Assembly: GCA_002269645.1 (NCBI GenBank)
Contig: NIVC01003474.1
Span: forward strand, 1 to 64,000
Reading direction: 5' to 3'
Length of the DNA: 64,000 bases
Origin: Macrostomum lignano
Lineage: Eukaryota
The position numbers and the translations under genes are program-made. The notes beneath the pieces were generated by a model. It was not told the DNA's origin, did not search any database, and saw only the letters and a program-made list of their open reading frames with translations. This document shows, in pieces, positions 61,900 to 64,000 of this stretch; within the stretch, counting starts at the first letter, position 1; the number at the start of each line of letters is the position of its first letter.

Positions 61900-63015
61900 A
61901 TGAATAACACAACAGCTGCTGGCCTAGAGAGCGAAAGAAATACAACCAGCGACTTTGGCGATCCTATATGGAACCAGTTTGCCTGGGCCGTCTTCATATG
62001 GCTGTTTCCGCCGCTCTGTCTGGTTGGAACAATCGCCAACGCCGTCTCCTTCTACGTGATCGTGTCCAACAGGAAGTCGTTTCCCTATGTCACCCGGCAG
62101 TACCTCAGCATCATCACTGCCAGCGACTTTCTCATACTCACGTGCAAAGCGAGTACACATTATCTGATCTATATCAAAAGCGTATCGGACTCCAACACTA
62201 TCTTTCTGTCACCGAGAGCCTGGGGACTCACCTGGTGCATTGTTTACGACTTCTTTACCTACTATGCGCTGGTGGGATCCCAGTTCTTCCAGCTGGGCCT
62301 CACGGTGGATCGCCTAATAGCCGTAGCCGCTCCGATGAAGGCCAAGGTGATTCTGACGCATCGAAGAAGCTGGGTGCTGTTAGGCCTCATCACTACGATG
62401 TCGCTGCTACTGCCAGTCATGTTCGTCGCGAACCGAACGTGGCATAACGGCAATTGTGTGTTCCGCAGCCAACAGTACTTCGAAATTGTGTACAAGTCGG
62501 TAGAGTTCTACTTTGGCAGGGTGTTCCTGGTCTCCGCTTTAACCTCTGGCACAGTGGCCATCTGCCTGCTGCTGGCCTGGAACAACAGGACCGCTAGGAG
62601 GTTGGACATCGAGGTGAATGCCACTGAATCGCAACAGCTGCGTCACAAATATCTGGTCCGCATCAGCCTGATGCTGGTCTTTATAAATTTAATCTTTCTG
62701 GCAACAGCCCTGCCATGGACCATTTCAATTCTAACGGAGGACCAGTTGACAATAGTAATGGGCCAGGATTTTTACTATCGAATGCTCCGCCATTTCAACT
62801 CGATCCTGTACGTAAACAACGCAGTAAGTTGGATTGCCTATTTCATGGGCCGCAATTTTCGCGAGGCCTTCTGCCGCTCTTTGCGAACAGAGCAGCTGCG
62901 CCGCCGCTGGCAACAAAGGAGCGGTCAAAGGCCGTCCGGCCTGGCGCCGCAAGCAAGGGCCGCCGAGATCGAGGACTTGCAGGTGGAAACGACGCGGTTT
63001 TTAGCGGAACCATAG
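61900..63015 (+). CDS. Class A GPCR copy G, intact, 371 aa, the most diverged paralog
   Basis: Full 7TM ORF; DRLIAV, ALPW, NNAVSW..YFMGRNFR; different ICL3 and no poly-Cys tail. Confidence 0.93.
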   Translation: MNNTTAAGLESERNTTSDFGDPIWNQFAWAVFIWLFPPLCLVGTIANAVSFYVIVSNRKSFPYVTRQYLSIITASDFLILTCKASTHYLIYIKSVSDSNTIFLSPRAWGLTWCIVYDFFTYYALVGSQFFQLGLTVDRLIAVAAPMKAKVILTHRRSWVLLGLITTMSLLLPVMFVANRTWHNGNCVFRSQQYFEIVYKSVEFYFGRVFLVSALTSGTVAICLLLAWNNRTARRLDIEVNATESQQLRHKYLVRISLMLVFINLIFLATALPWTISILTEDQLTIVMGQDFYYRMLRHFNSILYVNNAVSWIAYFMGRNFREAFCRSLRTEQLRRRWQQRSGQRPSGLAPQARAAEIEDLQVETTRFLAEP

Positions 63016-63719
63016 ATCGCTGTTTTATCCAGCCTTCTGTGCTGTCAAGTGGAGAGGACAATCCAAGCCTGGCAAGATGGATACAAGGGAAAGGGAGTCC
63101 ACAGGCAGAGGAGACTCACTGATTCTTCAAGTCAAAGACAGGAGATACCTCCCGAAAGAAAGCGGAAATATAGCAAGAGCATAGCACGAGCCAGTTAGGG
63201 GTTCACTTAATCTTCACTGGCCCGATAAGTTGAGCTGAGAAAGCAACTCAAAATGACACATGTTTCATATATGGACCCAGTGTATTATGACGACAGAATG
63301 TGACTTTAGTATCAGACTATCACATTACCTCTCCTTCCTTAGGTTTTGCTCCAAGCCATTTCGTTACTGGTGGAAAGCAGACGATTATCATTTTCTTTTT
63401 ACCGTTGAAACAACATAAAATTCGTGAATATTTTTCGACCTTTATTTCATTGATTCGAGTGATTATCGCTGTCGTGGCGCTGTTAAATATGAAGCAGATT
63501 TTTGCCACTATGCTAAAATTTTGAGTTGTTGACCTACCTAGGCATCTAGGTAGACAGGAATTTGGTTTAATTTCCTAAAAACGGCTCAAACCATTTCATG
63601 AAATTAACTTGCACCGTACGATCAAATTTTTTCTGGTGACGGTACACGTGTTGTGGCTAAAAAATTGTCAATACTAGTGACAAAATATAAAAAACATGTT
63701 TTTTTGCAAAGGTCAAGCG

Positions 63720-64000
63720 ATGTCAAGACTCCTGAGGGGATTGCTGAAATGCTGTGATTGCCTAAATTTATTTGGGAAATTGCTGAGATTATCAAAGACT
63801 CACGAGGAGAGTTGCTGAGATGTCAAGGCTTATGGGGGGATTTGCTGAAATGCGGTGGCTCATGGGGTTGTTAAGAAGCCAAGGGTTTACTGGGAGTTGT
63901 TGGTAGATCAAGCATCAAAGGGAGAGTTAGGGTTAGGCCATGGCTTAAAGGGAAGCTTTGATGCCAAAAGCTCACAGGGGATGCTGGTATCTTAGGTATC
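63720..64000. repeat. Degenerate short-period repeat (GGGG..TTGCTGA(A/G)ATG-like), runs off the window
   Basis: Recurrent TTGCTGA(A/G)AT and TCAAG(A/G)CTC motifs. Confidence 0.4.

Overview
Eukaryotic (invertebrate animal) genomic DNA with spliceosomal introns; the style suggests a flatworm such as Macrostomum, but I cannot establish that from sequence alone. Host genes are (i) a two-exon secreted protein (signal peptide, PAN/Apple-like domain, about 48 x PTTTTTx stalk, ALK/LTK-type glycine-rich domain; 1236-2694 + 6446-7191) and (ii) a tandem cluster of seven intronless class A (rhodopsin-like, peptide-receptor-type) GPCR copies. Three are intact (22418, 58040, 61900); four are disrupted or truncated. 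Their extracellular segments occur in shuffled combinations, and the cluster includes a ~15 kb tandem duplication whose junction lies inside a chimeric GPCR. The rest is transposon-rich: a four-level nest (GPCR < intron-containing Ginger < Crypton < 8-bp-TSD foldback element), a young Gypsy LTR element with identical LTRs and a G GGA AAC -1 frameshift signal plus pseudoknot, two tRNA-derived SINEs, and Ngaro/DIRS, LINE, Tc1, hAT and Helitron remnants. The most striking object is a 5.36 kb TIR element (51098-56456) inserted at AAA|TTT with no target-site duplication (Spy-like; the empty site is visible in the other duplicate). Its ORF joins transposase-type zinc-finger/HTH/SWIM-like segments in frame to a USP-family deubiquitinase domain, and its right subterminal repeat has expanded into a 161-bp satellite. 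All assignments are by eye from motifs; no database searches were run.
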